Counted from the first letter of the stretch, positions 13,261 to 27,484 are shown. The stretch is DNA of 64,000 bases from the human T2T-CHM13v2.0 reference genome, Homo sapiens (GCF_009914755.1 NC_060930.1); one strand, 5' to 3'. The notes: a model not told the origin generated them from the sequence alone. Numbers and translations are program-made.

Positions 13261-13308
13261 ACATGTGCGTGTGTGTGTGTGCATGTGCGTGCACACACAC
13301 GTGCATAC
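13261..13308. repeat. Alternating purine/pyrimidine (GT/CA) tract
   Basis: acatgtgcgtgtgtgtgtgtgcatgtgcgtgcacacacacgtgcatac. Confidence 0.85.
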
Positions 13309-14349
13309 AAAGCTGTTTTGGGGTCAAAGCTTTGTAGAGTTCATGCAACTAGGAAAATGAAGTGTTTCACTGTGATCACATTGCTATTTGTATCTATTGT
13401 CATCATGATTTAACATTTATTGCATGCCTATAGTCCCCTGGACAGACCCTGGAACTAGATGTCAACTCTACTTAGTGGATTTATGTTTGAAATTAGATAG
13501 CAAAGCCACAAAATGGAAAAAGATGAGAATACTTCCAAAACAGAAATATTGAATAATGCATTTTCAGAAAAATTAGGTAAGGAGAAAATGAGTTTGACCC
13601 AGGCAGTTAGGAATGAAGGATATGGGAGGAGACTTAAATGTCTAGATTAGAGATGGTTTGCAGCCATTTCCAAGAACCCTGGGAGGGACTGCTTGTGCTG
13701 CATGATCTAACACTTTAATCCTCTTCTGCCATGGCTCAGACCCCATGGGGTGGAATCTTGATGAGGAGACTCCCTGTCTTGGATAATAATAACAAGCTGT
13801 CTTCTCTGTAGGCAAATTTTCAGGTGGAAGTCTCACTCTACCACTCTCATAACCAATGCAACAAATAATCAAGTTCTCAAGCTGCAAGGAAAACTGAGGG
13901 GATTATTTTTAAGGATGTAAAGAACATTAAACAATGAAGAGATAGTTTCTCAGAGTAAGTTTTTTCCCTCCTTTGCCAGGTGCCTGAAATCATCTTTCTT
14001 GTCTACCTTAGACACCCCCCACACTTTTTAATATTAAAAGTCTCTTAATAACAAAAGTAAACAGCATGTTATTTATGGAAACTGCACAACATTAGCTTTG
14101 CTAATTACATGGTTACTCACTTTCCCAGCACCAGATCACCTCTTATTTGTTTCCAACTACTGTGGCCACCATGTGTTTTAAGTGTAAGACAGAAATAATA
14201 AACTGCAGGTTTCCAGGGTACTCACGTATTATTTCTGCAGTTCACACAGGACATGTACCATCTGGGTTTGAAGGGCACATCATTCCAAGGCGGAATGGAG
14301 TGAGTAGGGCTTTCCCAGTAGAGCCACTGACTCTATGGGGAAATTTCAA

Positions 14350-14570
14350 ATGGAGTTTTGGGGTCAGAGAGACCTAAGTTCAGATGCCTGGCACAATAAC
14401 TTCCCACTTACATGAAATCTTCTTTGCCTTCTCTGTAAGTAACTTCTCTGCCTCTTGGCTTACTGTATATAAATTGGGTATATGATGCCTAATTTCTAGT
14501 GTGGCTCTGAATCTTAAATGAGGTGATACAATATGGCACTTGCCGTAAGGTAAGTTATTACTGAATGATG
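14350..14570 (+). mobile_element. MIR SINE (diverged)
   Basis: tggggtcagagagacctaagttcaga...taacttctctgcctc...ttaaatgaggtgata. Confidence 0.6.
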
Positions 14571-15609
14571 GTCTTAGTTTCTTTCTACTCCATTTCTGTC
14601 TCTTCTAAACTCCTAAGAACTAAGCTGAGAAGGCATAAAAGATGACACACAGACCATTCAGCTCAAAATCCAGAATAAGAAGCCCAAACTGGAGTATATT
14701 CTGCAGAAGATTTGCTGTCTTAAGGGAGCTACTATTAGCTCAGCTTTAACCCTCCTTCCCATCTCTTTCTGGTTAGTGAACTGGTGCCACCACCTGCCCA
14801 TTAGAGAACCTGAGCTATTTGTTCAGTGATTCACGTCTCTGGATTCAGCACTGAGCCTGCATAAACTCCCAACTCAGTCAGCAACACTGTGCTAACATCT
14901 ACTAGGAATGGTTCAGTCCCTGTAGATCTGAGAAATAATTCCTGTGGTTACATCAACTGTTTGGATCTTTGGATCCATAAATTATTTCTGTCTTTTCTTT
15001 TTTGAAGGGTTTTCTATTTGAATGCTGTTTTATCTCAAAAGGCAGTTGGTTCCATTCTGACATGGTAGAGATATGAAGCTTCCTTCAACTGACACAGTTT
15101 GGCTAGATGCCAGTCAGGAGTACCTCCAAGATATTTTGGCTGTAGGATAAGTTACAGATAGCCTGGCCTTGCCATCTGCAATGATCGGTTGTAGTAATAA
15201 CAATCTCTGGGTGCACAATTAACCAATTCTGAAAATGTGAAACTTATTAATTATCCTGCATTTTTGCTTGGCTGCTAGCTAACTCTGTCTAGATCCTGTT
15301 TCTTGGCATTCTCTCATCTGTCATTTCTACCACAAATCCCCTACAGATCGTTAGTTGCCTATGTTCCTCTACTTCATTGTCTTTCTTTCAGTCATTGACT
15401 GTTACTGAGATTTTTTTTTTCATGAAATCAGAGTTTTAGTATTCTTTTTTTATTATAGGGAAAAGAAACCAAGTCTCCTTGAATCAGTTTATCCCAATGT
15501 CTTCTGGTTTTCTATGTTGGCTACAGTCAAGATAACCTATTACTAAGGTAGGTTGTGTGTTTCTAGACCACCAAATCTGTTCAATAGACCTTTTTGCATC
15601 TGAGTGGAC

Positions 15610-15755
15610 AGGTCCTAGATGACACTGGAGACATAGAGGTGAACTCCCTCCCTGGCCTTCAGGTACTCACATTGCATTTGGGAACCTAGGCATTAAGCAA
15701 ACAACCATGATACAATGTGCTAAGTGCTATCACTAAAGTATAAACAAAGTGGTTT
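15610..15755 (-). mobile_element. L2 fragment
   Basis: cactggagacatagaggtgaa...ccctggccttcagg...tacaatgtgctaagtgctat. Confidence 0.6.
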
Positions 15756-16129
15756 GAGGGGCGTTATGTTCCCCCATATTGACCTGAAGCTGTAGTATTT
15801 TGACTGCTTCTAGAGTACCTGTATGTCTCTGCATGTCCAGGCAGTCTGATTTATTAACAGGGCCCTCTTTTAATCTTGGAGTCTCTATGTGGATGATAAA
15901 CTGTATGGTCTTTCTATTTATAAATCAAAAACCAATATAGGAGGCTAGTTTAATTTGTGAGCAAATATGTTTCTATTTATTAAGAATTCTTGAGTTGCCT
16001 GCCTCTACATTAGTGGTTGAGGCAGTGGAGTGAGTTCCTGATCTGACTCACCTTTCTCACCAACAGTGATACTTGTACTTTAGCATATACATGAGAGACT
16101 GAGTTGATTCTATAGCCTAACTGGAATTT

Positions 16130-16272
16130 ATTCATTCCTTCATCCATCTACTCAATGAATCAATTCTACATTTACTGAGCACTGATTGTGTGTCAGCCAA
16201 TCTACTAGGCACGTGGGATACAGTGATGATCTATATAGATATATCTCTGCCCCCACAGAACTTACAGAGTGG
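16130..16272 (-). mobile_element. L2 3' end
   Basis: ttcattccttc tail, catttactgagcac, ctaggcacgtgggatacagtg. Confidence 0.75.
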
Positions 16273-16327
16273 AGCCTCAAAAAGTGATTTCAATTTTATC
16301 CATCTGCTTTGTGTCTTCTCTTTAAAT

Positions 16328-16552
16328 CCTTGCTACCCAAAGTAGGCTCTCAATATTAGCAGCATCAGTGTCACCCAGAAGCTTGTTAGAAATGGAGAAC
16401 TTAGGCCCACCTCACACCTATTGAATCTGAATCTGCAGTTTCAAAAGATCCTCAATAATCTGAGCAGATTCTGATTCAGTTGGTCTAGGGTCTTCACTTC
16501 TGACAAACTCGCAGGCAATGTCAATGCTGTTGGTCCATGGATCGCACTTTAA
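16328..16552. mobile_element. Two inverted, abutting MER5A1-like hAT fragments
   Basis: agcagcatcag...cttgttagaaatg...tgaatctgaatctgca (+) followed by cagattctgattcag...ttctgacaa...atgctgttggtccatggatcgcacttt (-). Confidence 0.75.
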
Positions 16553-16562
16553 GGGACTTCCC

Positions 16563-16841
16563 CAGTTCTTTACAAAATGTGGGTTGCAACCCAATAGTGG
16601 GTCATGAAATCAATATAGTGAGTTGTAACTAGCACATTCAAAAATATTTTAAAATAGGATAGAGTACACAAACAATTCAGAGTGCATTTCATGTCATGAT
16701 GAAGGCATTGTTGCATGAAACTTGAATCAGCTTTTTGTACATCTGCACACAGACACAAACACAGATGTATGTAGACTGAGTTCTGATGAAAACGTATTTC
16801 TTAATACGGGTCGCAGCTGATAACAGTTTGAAAGTTATTGT
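16563..16841. mobile_element. hAT-Charlie family DNA transposon relic
   Basis: aatgtgggttgcaacccaatagtgggtcatgaaatcaat...gggtcgcag...agtttgaaagttattg termini. Confidence 0.65.
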
Positions 16842-17874
16842 TCTAGACAAGCTTATCTAGGCCAGAAAGAAGTCCTCAGAAGTGATTCCAGTCTAGAACA
16901 GAGAGCTCAGATCAAAGGGGTTCTGTTAATATTAGAACTATCCAGAATCCCAGTGAGGACATCCAGGAAAAAGTAGAACAGTGGGGCTAGAAAGATCCTC
17001 TACTAGGGGTGACAGCTGTGTGCTGATTGGATGATGAGATGCCCATGATTAGTGGCTTGTACCAGTTGGCATTAGGTTTTTGCATGACCCAAGATTTTGG
17101 ACTGTGAGCTCCTTGAAGGTGGGACCTGTATGTTACTCCTAGAGGCTAAAACAGTGCCTTTCCCGCAGGGGGAGTTTCCGCAGTGTACTGTGACTTTTTA
17201 TATCTTTCATACTACTCAATATACCACATGTAACAAATGAGGTCTTTTCTGTCTTTCCACTGGGAATCATGTATTATTCATCTTTGCTTTTTTCTAGGGC
17301 CTACTCCAATATCTAGAGATGGCAGATATTCAGTAAGTTTATTCACTTAACAAATATTTTATTTGTTATTCAGCAAAGAAGATTTTCTCTCAGCTATATT
17401 ACATCAGTTTTAGAAGGCACACAGATGAACAGGCTTGATAAAGAGCAAATCTGTGAAAAACAAACACTTGTGGACTAAATGGTATCACATTTACAGAGCT
17501 GTAAGAGAGGTATAAGTCACCCTGGGCACCGAGTTTTATGCTGTATTGATTAACTTTCCATTTCCCTTGGTTCAATTTTAGTTTCTCTCTTAGAATTATG
17601 TTTCTACCCTTTGCATTCTCACCGCCAATCATTTATTGCTGCACGTGTCTTTCCCCCTCCATATACTGTGCTCCTTAATTCACTAAGGGACTGTACTAAC
17701 ATAGCCTAAATACCCACCTTCCAGCCACCCTTCAGGAGGGTATTAGCTGTATTTGTGCACAGCGAGAGTGCCTTCAAGGCAGAGGGCTTCCTCCCCTATA
17801 CTTCACCTCCAAATCTCTTTCCTTTCCACAAATGCTAGTGCTAGGCAGCTGTGCTCACTATTATTCGTCTTCTC

Positions 17875-18047
17875 TGTAGTTCTTGACTTTGCCTGTACGT
17901 TATAAACACTTGGTATTTTAATATTTCCCATGTCCAGGTTGCAGTTCAAACCAATGAAGTCAGAATCTCTGGAGGTGGGACAAAGGTATTTGTAGTTTTT
18001 AGGCTTCTCAGATGATTCCAATGTGCAGTGAAGATTGAATGCTATTG
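17875..18047. mobile_element. MER5B-like hAT element
   Basis: tcagaatctctggaggtggga...gatgattccaatgtgcag. Confidence 0.7.
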
Positions 18048-18264
18048 CTTAGAGGAAAATTCAGTCACCTGATATTTGAAGTTTAGGTAATTTCCTTAGC
18101 CCTCAAAATATGTTCATTTCTTTTCTAGTCCTTAGTATCCCTGCCCAAGTCTGAAAATATTTATATTGCTATTTAATCAGAAGTAAAGCAATTAAAATGT
18201 ACATGTTACTCAAGAAGAAGAAACATTAGAACATTGCTCAACTTATCACCTGTGTGGTTATTAA

Positions 18265-18715
18265 GCTATTGTCTCTATTTCAAAAGCACCTTTCTGTATT
18301 CTACTTTGTGACTCTGGGTTTTTTTCACCATCTAGCTCTTAGGTGGCACTAGAAGAGGACCACAAGCCTGCCAGAGGGAGGAGAGTATTGCTTCTTCCTG
18401 TTCCCATTAGTGTCACCTCAGCAGTGACTTTTCACCCTGGAGTGGCAGGCAAGTTTCTAGATTATTTGAGTACTCCCCAAATCAGTCTTGCTGCACCCCC
18501 TGAGAGATACCAGCAGCAATGAAGTGTGAGTCCCAGCTCTGGGCTCCCCCCTCCAAGATTCTGGGTTTTCGTAATCCCTTGTGCTTATTAATGCTGTTAC
18601 CTTAGGGTCCTTTTTTTTTTTTTTTTTAATTTTCAATGCTTGTCCAGCAAGTTTCCTATACTAAATTGCTATATGGAAACATCTATTCTTCTCTCCTTTG
18701 ACTGTACCTAACTCA
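18265..18715. mobile_element. Old ERVL-type LTR (LTR33/LTR41-like)
   Basis: taggtggcactagaagagga...cttcttcctgtt...cctcagcagtg resemble recalled consensus; weak. Confidence 0.4.
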
Positions 18716-20384
18716 AAATGCCTTCTCATTTAACAACCAGTGCTCTGCAACAAGGTGAGCTTTCTAGGAAGGCAAATAACAAGAAGGCTCAGGTTGGCTT
18801 GTCTCCATTTTGGGGCAATGGGAGTGTGCTGGAAGTCTTCCAAGGAACAAGAGTGAGAAGAAGATGCTAGAATGAAGAGGTGGACAGACATAGGGGAGGA
18901 AAGCGCACTGGATACAAACTTTATTACCTTCATTATTTTGCTAGGTCTGTCTTAGCTGAGAGACTCTGAGAGTATTAATCAGAGATAAATGGGAAGTAAG
19001 TAATAGTCTATAGTAATCCATAGTGGCATTTATTAATAATACAAATCTTCTGGCCTCCATCTCTTCTTCTTCCCATAAGCCCACAGTTTGTCCACACATA
19101 AGCATATGTGGTTTTGTCCTTAATAATAGGGTAGTGCAAATAGTTAATTCACTACTCCTAGTGCCACGAGTGGCACGTTGGAGACCATCCTGTCTGTTCT
19201 TATGTAACCTGTCATAAATCCACGTGGATATGTATCTCATTAAGACAGCCATTTAGGATTTGCTTTTTCAGAATTGTCTACTTTGGTCAGTAGTATTTTA
19301 ACTGTAAAATAAGGATGGTTTCACTTGGTCCAAGTGTCCCTACTGTACCTAATACATTTAACTTTACAAACAGTTTTATACAAGCAATACATTAACCAAT
19401 GAGCTGTAATGAGTAGAATTTGGATGTTCATGAGGGAGATTTAAATTCACACACCATTTTCCTAGACTCCTTCACTGTCTTGACACTTTCCTATTATTAG
19501 CTCTCTTTTTGGAGATATTTTGTGTTAAAATTCCAAAAAGTTCTCAGTCACCATCTGAGAATTTTTGCGTATACAACAATGTAAAGAAAAACTAGGCCTT
19601 GCTAAGATGAAGTACCCAGGATCAACTGGTAGCCTAGGAGTTTGACTATGGTCCACGATTCAAATTGGTGGGCCAAACAATAACAAAGGTGGACTTTTGG
19701 GGGTTACTTTTGTACATTTGCTTTTTGTATCCTCGCTAAAGAGGTGAAGTAACTAGTAGCCAGTGTGTTGAGGGGAAATTCACTACTGCCTGGAGGCTCT
19801 ACTGTGTATTCTACACCTCCTGGTCTCCAATGAGATCTTTATTTCTTGTTTTGAATACTTATATTAACTCCAGAAAAAATTTAGTTCTAGAATCTGGATA
19901 CTGAGCAACACTGCAGCTCTCTTTCTTAGTTCAAATAGTCTCATCTGCTTTTCTTTGATGAATCTTTTTCTTTGTAGGATCTGTTTCTCTGTGGGATCAA
20001 CATTTTCTCTCTGTGTGTCAGAAAGAATGTCTTTTACCGTCCTTGACAGGGAGAGTCACTTTCTGTTGCATGTGAGCAATCAGAGCAATCATCCTTCTCT
20101 CACGTTGAATGAGTAGGTCAAACAGTATTAGTAATATTGCCTAGTTTACTCTAATGTTGATTATATTAGTTTTTTTGCATTTTTTGTGATCTAGAGCTTC
20201 AGTTGAACCTTTCATTCTGACCATGATTATTTAGTAAGACCACAGATCCATCCACTAACTTAAAGGAGAATGAATGACCAACTGTAACCCCGCCATCTGA
20301 TTAGGAAAACAAGGAAACAAACAAAGGCAATAAAGCCCTTCAAAAATGTTTTTAACCAGAAAACACTGAATAGTAGAAATATCA

Positions 20385-20550
20385 CTGTAAATGGAGTCAG
20401 GCGATGTGGATTCTAGTCAAAGCTCTACCACTTATTAACTGCGTGACCATAGAATGTCGCTTAACCTCTCTGAACCTTAGTTTCCTATTCCATAATGCAA
20501 AACGTAAGTTATAATATGCGTTTTGTCCACCTTACAGACAAGGATCTTTT
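20385..20550 (+). mobile_element. MIR SINE
   Basis: tggagtcagg...gctctaccactta...cttaacctctctgaaccttagtttcct. Confidence 0.8.
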
Positions 20551-22309
20551 ACAGAGGCTGGAAATTCCTCCAACTCGTCTGTTCAGGTTGACTTTCTGGA
20601 AAAGTGTTTTATTCTCAGAGGATTTGATTATTGAGTTATCTTTCTATTCTGCTGCTGTCAGTAGATTTGCCATAAATGTTTCCTGAGAGTCTCTCTCTTG
20701 AAGAGATTCAGGCCCCAGTTAAGTTCATCCCAATTAAAAATAGAACCCTGAGATGCAGCAGCTGTAGCACCTCTTAAACCTCTTCAAATAACATTGAACG
20801 ATTAAGTGGCTGCTACTGTGGAGATAGTGCCCACAAAACCAGCAGCAGGCCCTCTCGGAAAATGATAACACTCTAAGTGGCTGTCAGTCCTTAGTCATTT
20901 CTAGTCATTCAGGGGATGTTGCCTTATCTTCTACAAGTTCTAAAAGTTCCTGGGAAGAGAAGAATCACATAAATTCTTTATTTAAAAAAATCCCCCTTCC
21001 CACAGCAAAATTCTCTAAAACAATACTAAACAAGCAGGCATGCGCAATTCTAATGAAGTCTATCATTTGAGTGGAAGAGAATTGCTATGGTTACCAATGT
21101 TTCTGTCTGGCAGTTTTGGGATAAAAGTCTGATGAAGTGATATTGTCTGGAAAATGAGCATTGATTCCTAGGGAGATGGAAGAATTTACTTTTTTTCTTC
21201 CTATTTCTTGAATACATGGCTAGCTTTCAAATATATGACTCAACAATTACATTCGGCTTGAATGGATTTTTTTCTGACATTGTTTCTTATTTTCTTCTGA
21301 TTTATCAAGGAGAGTTTAAAAATAAACTTTCCTTATCCCATCCATAATAGAAATTTCAGCTATTAAGAACTTACCAAGTGAAAAATTATAGAAATCACTA
21401 AAGTTCAGAGGGAGATCTCTTTATTATATTTCAACAGCTATTTGCTTTGGAGACATTTCTTTTCCCCCTTTGTAAAGCTAAATTGCATATATCACTATTT
21501 ATTAATAAGCAGAATGACAATTATTTAGGCTGCCAAATCTCTTTTATAAACATTTCGTTAGCTAGGTAGGATTTTTATATACTTTCCCAAAGGGCCAAGT
21601 TGACAGACATGGGCTTTCACTTTATTTCCATAGAGATCTGGATCCAAATCCCTGGGTCCAAATATATGCCATTCACTTCCCATATTTAGTCCTGTTATCT
21701 CTCTGAAGACTGGCCCAAGAGAGGCCTTTCTGATGAGACATTTAGCACAGCGATTAATCACTAGATAAACATGTGAATGGGTCCATTTGCAAAGTGAAAG
21801 CTCCCTAAACAGAGGCTTGTCCTTTACAAAAAGAGCAGGTCCAATTTTCCTTAAAAGTTCATGGTTGCCTATGTGGTGTGATTTGAGAAATCCTGAACCT
21901 TCTGTTCCCATTACTTTCCCTGTTGAGCTCTACATTTCATAGTGTATCACTCCTGTGGATGAAACCTGGCCTCTCCAGGGCAGTTTCTCTAATAAATGGC
22001 CATAGTCCTGGGAAAGGTCCTGATGCCTTAGTGTGCAGTGTGCTTGACACCATAAGATCCTTTCTTCTTTGATAAAAAAAAAAAAAAAAAAGACTAAGAC
22101 AAGAAAACTGGTGGCTGTTGGGGAAAGGTGTGGAAAGAATGAAAGAAGAAAACCGATGCATGGAAAGATGGTAAAGTACCAATGGACCGGTGTGAGTCAG
22201 GTTCTGAATTTAGGAGTGAGGACTCAAATATGCCTGTTTACTGGGTTAGCTTTTGGAACGATCCTATGGAACATATATCCTATGAACATTATAGAAGTCA
22301 CTAAAGCTG

Positions 22310-23045
<736 letters not shown>

Positions 23046-23529
23046 AAATTCATCCAAAAGCAAATGTTTGTGTCAACGTTACAAACCTAAAATATGGATG
23101 TCCTCTAAGGAGGTTGACTTCAGCTGTATAGCTATTTCCCAGTGGATAATTAAAGACCTGTCAGACTTTCTCTCATATATGAGTCCTTTATGTTTAAGGG
23201 CTGTAATTCTATATAAAATGTCTGCATAGAATAACATTTGGCACCTGATGTTTGATTCTGGATAGTATTGTAGTTCTCTATTGCCAAATGTGAGACTAAA
23301 AAGTTAGATGGAGGTTAGCATCAAGAAATGTTTTCTAAGCTTTTCCCCTGGAACTGGACAATGGTAGAAATGTGCCAGAAGCAAAGGAAGCCTGTGGAAT
23401 AAGTCTCTTTCAGCCCAAAGTTATATTAAATAGTTTCATCTATTCACTGGACATAGATTTGAGTCATCAAACTTCTTCCCTAAGTTTGGTTTGCTTCCCA
23501 TGTTTCAGATATATCTGAAGAGCAGGTCT

Positions 23530-23832
23530 GGCCTCACTGCCTTGGTACCATTTTGGTGATCTTCCCTTCACCTGGAATGCATCTTAAACCTCTCCTATCT
23601 CAGGTTTCTTAGGCCCACGTTAGGTAATAGCTCTTTGAAACTTCTACTATTGCCCCCAATTGGTGTGATCTCCCCATCCTTTGAACTTCCATGGCACACT
23701 TATATGGTGTTTTCATATTAACTCTATTAGATTATCAATTTCTTAAGCACAAGGTCTGCTGTGCCTTACTCAACTTTGTATTCCCCATGTCTTGCCCATC
23801 TTAGCAGAACTGAATTTGTTTATTTAATGAAT
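23530..23832 (+). mobile_element. L2 3' region
   Basis: ccttcacctggaatgc...tattagattatcaatttcttaag...tttgtattcccca...aatgaat. Confidence 0.65.
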
Positions 23833-24059
23833 CAGGTACTAGTTTGGCTGGCCCAAAGTCTGACTGTCTCACTTCATGCCATTTAGATATGATGCCCATT
23901 TATTAGCTCTAAAAAATCACAAGTAAGAATAACAATGAATTTTTCAAAACTTCTTGATGAAATATCTTTCTAGAATAAACTATTAAGAAAACAAAAACAT
24001 AGAGCACAGAGCTACAAACTTAAGTTACCAGGGTGCTCTACCATGGTTTATTGATCTTT

Positions 24060-24290
24060 AGTAGTGTGGAAGAACAACCTGTGCTTTCGTGTTAGAAAGA
24101 ACTGGGTTTGAAGCTAATCTTGACAATTATTGGCAGTGAAATTTTGGGTTAATGTTCTATCTTCTTCAAGTTTAGTTTCCTTACTTTCAAAATGTGGAAT
24201 TAGTTAATTAATGGCTGTCTCCTAGTGCTGTTGTGAGGGTTATATAAAATGATGTATGAAAGCACTTAGCAAAGTATCTGGCACACAGAT
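24060..24290 (+). mobile_element. MIR SINE
   Basis: ctgggtttgaa...tagtttccttactttcaaaatg...gttgtgagggtta...aagcacttagcaaagtatctggcacac. Confidence 0.8.
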
Positions 24291-24502
24291 TTAAGTCTCT
24301 ATGCTCATGAGGACAGAGAATCCATCATGTCCAGGACAATTTATGTTCTCTTGGAAAGTCAGGGTTATATCCCCTAGACTTTGCAGGGTAGTTAATTTCT
24401 GGGTCTATTATTCTGAAATCACCAATCTACTCTCATAACCACCCCCCACTCCGCCACACAGACACACAAACAGCTCATCTGAAAATTTTGTAGGAATACT
24501 GA

Positions 24503-25476
24503 TGTTGGGCTCTGATATGGTTTGGCAGTGTCCCCACCCAAATCTCATTTTGAATTGTAGCTCCCATAATTCCCATGTGTCATAGGAGGGACCTGATGGG
24601 AGATAATTGAATCATGGAGGGAGGTTTTCCCATGCTGTTCTTGTGATAGTGAATAAGTCTCATGAGATCTGATCGTTTTATAAAGGGGCGTTCCCCTGCA
24701 CATGCTGTCTTGCCTGCCATGTAAGACTTTGCTCCCCATTCATCTTCTGCCATGATTGTGAGGCCTCCCTAGCCATGTGGAACTGGGAGCCCATTAAACC
24801 TCTTTCCTTTATAAATTACCCAGTCTCGGGTATGTCTTTATTAGCAGCATGAGAACAGACTAATACAGGCTCAGAAAATAATACCTCCAAATGAGAGCCT
24901 CCACAGCAGCCTTAGAAGAAAAAGTTTTTCTCTGACCTTCTCTTGCCCTCCTATCTCTCAGTCCCATTTTTCCTCAAGGCTAGGCATAGAAACCAGAATC
25001 CTTCCCCAAGGAAGGTCATAGAAAGCAGAACCTCTTTTCCCAAAAGCCAGCCATAAATCCTGAAAATATTATATGTAAGAACTGACCATAAAGAAATTAT
25101 CTGACCCACATTGTTTGATTCTAGGACATAAGACTGCCATTTCAGAGAGGGCTGTGCCCCACACCAGAAGGAAGGAATGCATGTTCAGAGAAGCCAAGAA
25201 GAATCTAGACTGGCTGGCCCTGCTGGGCTTCCCCACTCATTCTCTTAGCTTTAGATCTTACCCTTTTTGTCCAGGCATATTTCTACATGACTGCTCATAC
25301 TTTGTTGAATCTAAGCATAAAAATGGACAATTTCCCCTATATCTTTGGGTTTTAATTATGAAGGCTCTCATGTATACACATTAGATAAATTTATATGCCA
25401 TTTCTTTTGTTAATCAGTCTGCTTCATATCAGTGATTTTCAGCAAACCTCTAGGGGCCAGAGCCCTGGTTCTCACA
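24503..25476 (+). mobile_element. MER39-like ERV1 solo LTR, split by a THE1 insertion
   Basis: tgttgggctc|agaaaa start and ...ctcaca end; 4-bp TSD ctga/ttga. Confidence 0.75.
24513..24867 (+). mobile_element. THE1B/C MaLR solo LTR
   Basis: tgatatggtttgg...gagaacagactaataca; exact 5-bp TSD ggctc (24508-24512 / 24868-24872). Confidence 0.93.
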
Positions 25477-25587
25477 TTGAGCTGGAATATTGAAGGAATT
25501 TCTGCAGTGAAATCGTATTTGGCTGTACATATATAATCTGTGAACCTCTTAAATAATTAAAGCATAACTTACTAATAAAGCAGGAAA

Positions 25588-25790
25588 GTTTAGTGGGCTC
25601 CAGAACCGAAACCAGTTGGATTTAAAATCCTGCTGCTATACTTAACCTCTCTGTTTCTGAGTTTTCTTATCTGTAATGTGCGATGATAATATCTGCCTTG
25701 TAGCCTTGCTTTAAGGATAAAATGAGCTAATGTCTAACAAGCACTTAAAACAGTGCCTAGTATATAGTAAGCCCTCAACAAAAGCTAGCA
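25588..25790 (+). mobile_element. MIR SINE
   Basis: acttaacctctctgtttctgagttttcttatctgtaa...acagtgcctagtatatagtaagccctcaa. Confidence 0.8.
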
Positions 25791-27000
25791 ATTCCCAATT
25801 AATTGATTTAAAAGCTGGAGCTCTTAAAGGACTATGTTGAGCCAAAGTATTCCAATAACTAAATGAAGCTCCTGTAGTAGAGTTGGAGCCATCTTTTGGG
25901 GGCAGGAAGGGAGTGTATGGCGATTTGTGCCTTATAGTGGTTTGGATTTGTTAACAGCACTAGTCAAGGAACACAGTGCGCTGAAAAAGTTGCCAGACGC
26001 CAGATGAGATAAGGAGCGTCCTGTGAGTAAGGACAGACTTGAACACTCCCAGCACATAGACAAAGGAAGTGATGGCTCTGCCTAAGAAATCTTGTCCTTC
26101 AACCTTGACTTCACTGGATTTTTTTTTCAGACACTGCTAATCATGTAAATAAACATAAGAACTTCCTGATAGTGGACTATCTCTGTTTTCAGATGTAATT
26201 CCTACCTCTATTTGCAACATGGGTATTTAATAAAAGAGGAATAAAGAGGCATGCTTGAATGGATAATCAAGTAAACAGATTTTCTGATATTAAAAAAATA
26301 AAGGAAGTATATAATTTGCTCTGGTTATCTGGTCTATATTTTATGGCTAAGTCATTTTAACATTTCAGGGACTTTCTTCTTGTATAATACCTAGACCTTT
26401 ACTTTCATATATTGAAACTTCTCTACTGATTGATTAGGTTTGTTGTTGTTGTTCTGTCTCACTTATTTCCATTTATTGTCTGTTGTACTTTTTGAGTTTT
26501 TTTAAAAACTTAAGCTTTTGATTGAATATCTGGGTTTTTAAAATAATATTTTTAATTTATAATTTAAGAGATGATTTACTTAGTTTAAAAATTTTTTTTC
26601 TGCTTCCTGCACTGTTTTCTCTGAGTCTCTTTCTAGGTTTTTTGGTTTTGTCTTTTGATTGTGGCTCATGCATTTTTTGTTAGGGGATTTCCTCAAATGT
26701 CTGGAGAACCTAGACTGTCCATTCATAATTATAAATGATGTACTAAAAAGGTATTGGTAATAGGCTTAATAGCATATTAACAAAGAGTATGCAAACTTTC
26801 TTATGGGAGGAGATCCCCAAAATGTCTGTCTTAGTTCTTTTCTCTTGGGTCCGTTAGTTTCTCTGGAGAGGAATTTTATTCTATCTGGCTGGTCTTAGGT
26901 TGGATGGCAGTATTCTCAGAGCTGAATGTGGGCATGGAATGAGTGGTCTCACTCTTCAGCATTCAGACTTTCACTTAATTGCCCTCTTTTTTAGTGCAGG

Positions 27001-27484
27001 TGTCATAGATTGCAATAACAGCACCAATTCTGCATGCGTCCTTGTATTCACATCCTTTGCTGTGAGACTGCTGTTTCTCTCCCTGAATAGGTGGGGTCTT
27101 TTTATGGGGTCCCGAGTCTATTCTACTTTGGGCAATAAAATATGACAGGATTGACACTGTATCACTTCCAAGGTTAGGCTTCAAAAAGTGTGCATTTTTG
27201 TCTGTTCTCTCAGGCCTGTCACTGGCATAAGAACATTTTGAACATGGCTGCCAGATGATGAGAGGCTTGTAGATCAGAGTGGAGTCCACATAGTCACCCT
27301 AGCCAAAGCCAGCCTAGATCAACCAACCAATGTTCCAGCATGTGAGCATGCGCAGACAGGATCCACCTCCTAGCCAATCTTCAGCTAACACCATATTCCT
27401 AAGCAATACTGTTTTATGGTTGTATACCGCTGGAGTTATGTGATTGTTTGCTATAAAGCATTATTGGCATAACAGATAATTACA
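27001..27484 (+). mobile_element. MLT1H-like MaLR LTR
   Basis: tgtcatagattgcaa...gccagcctagatca...gtttgctataaagcattattggcataacagataattaca. Confidence 0.7.
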
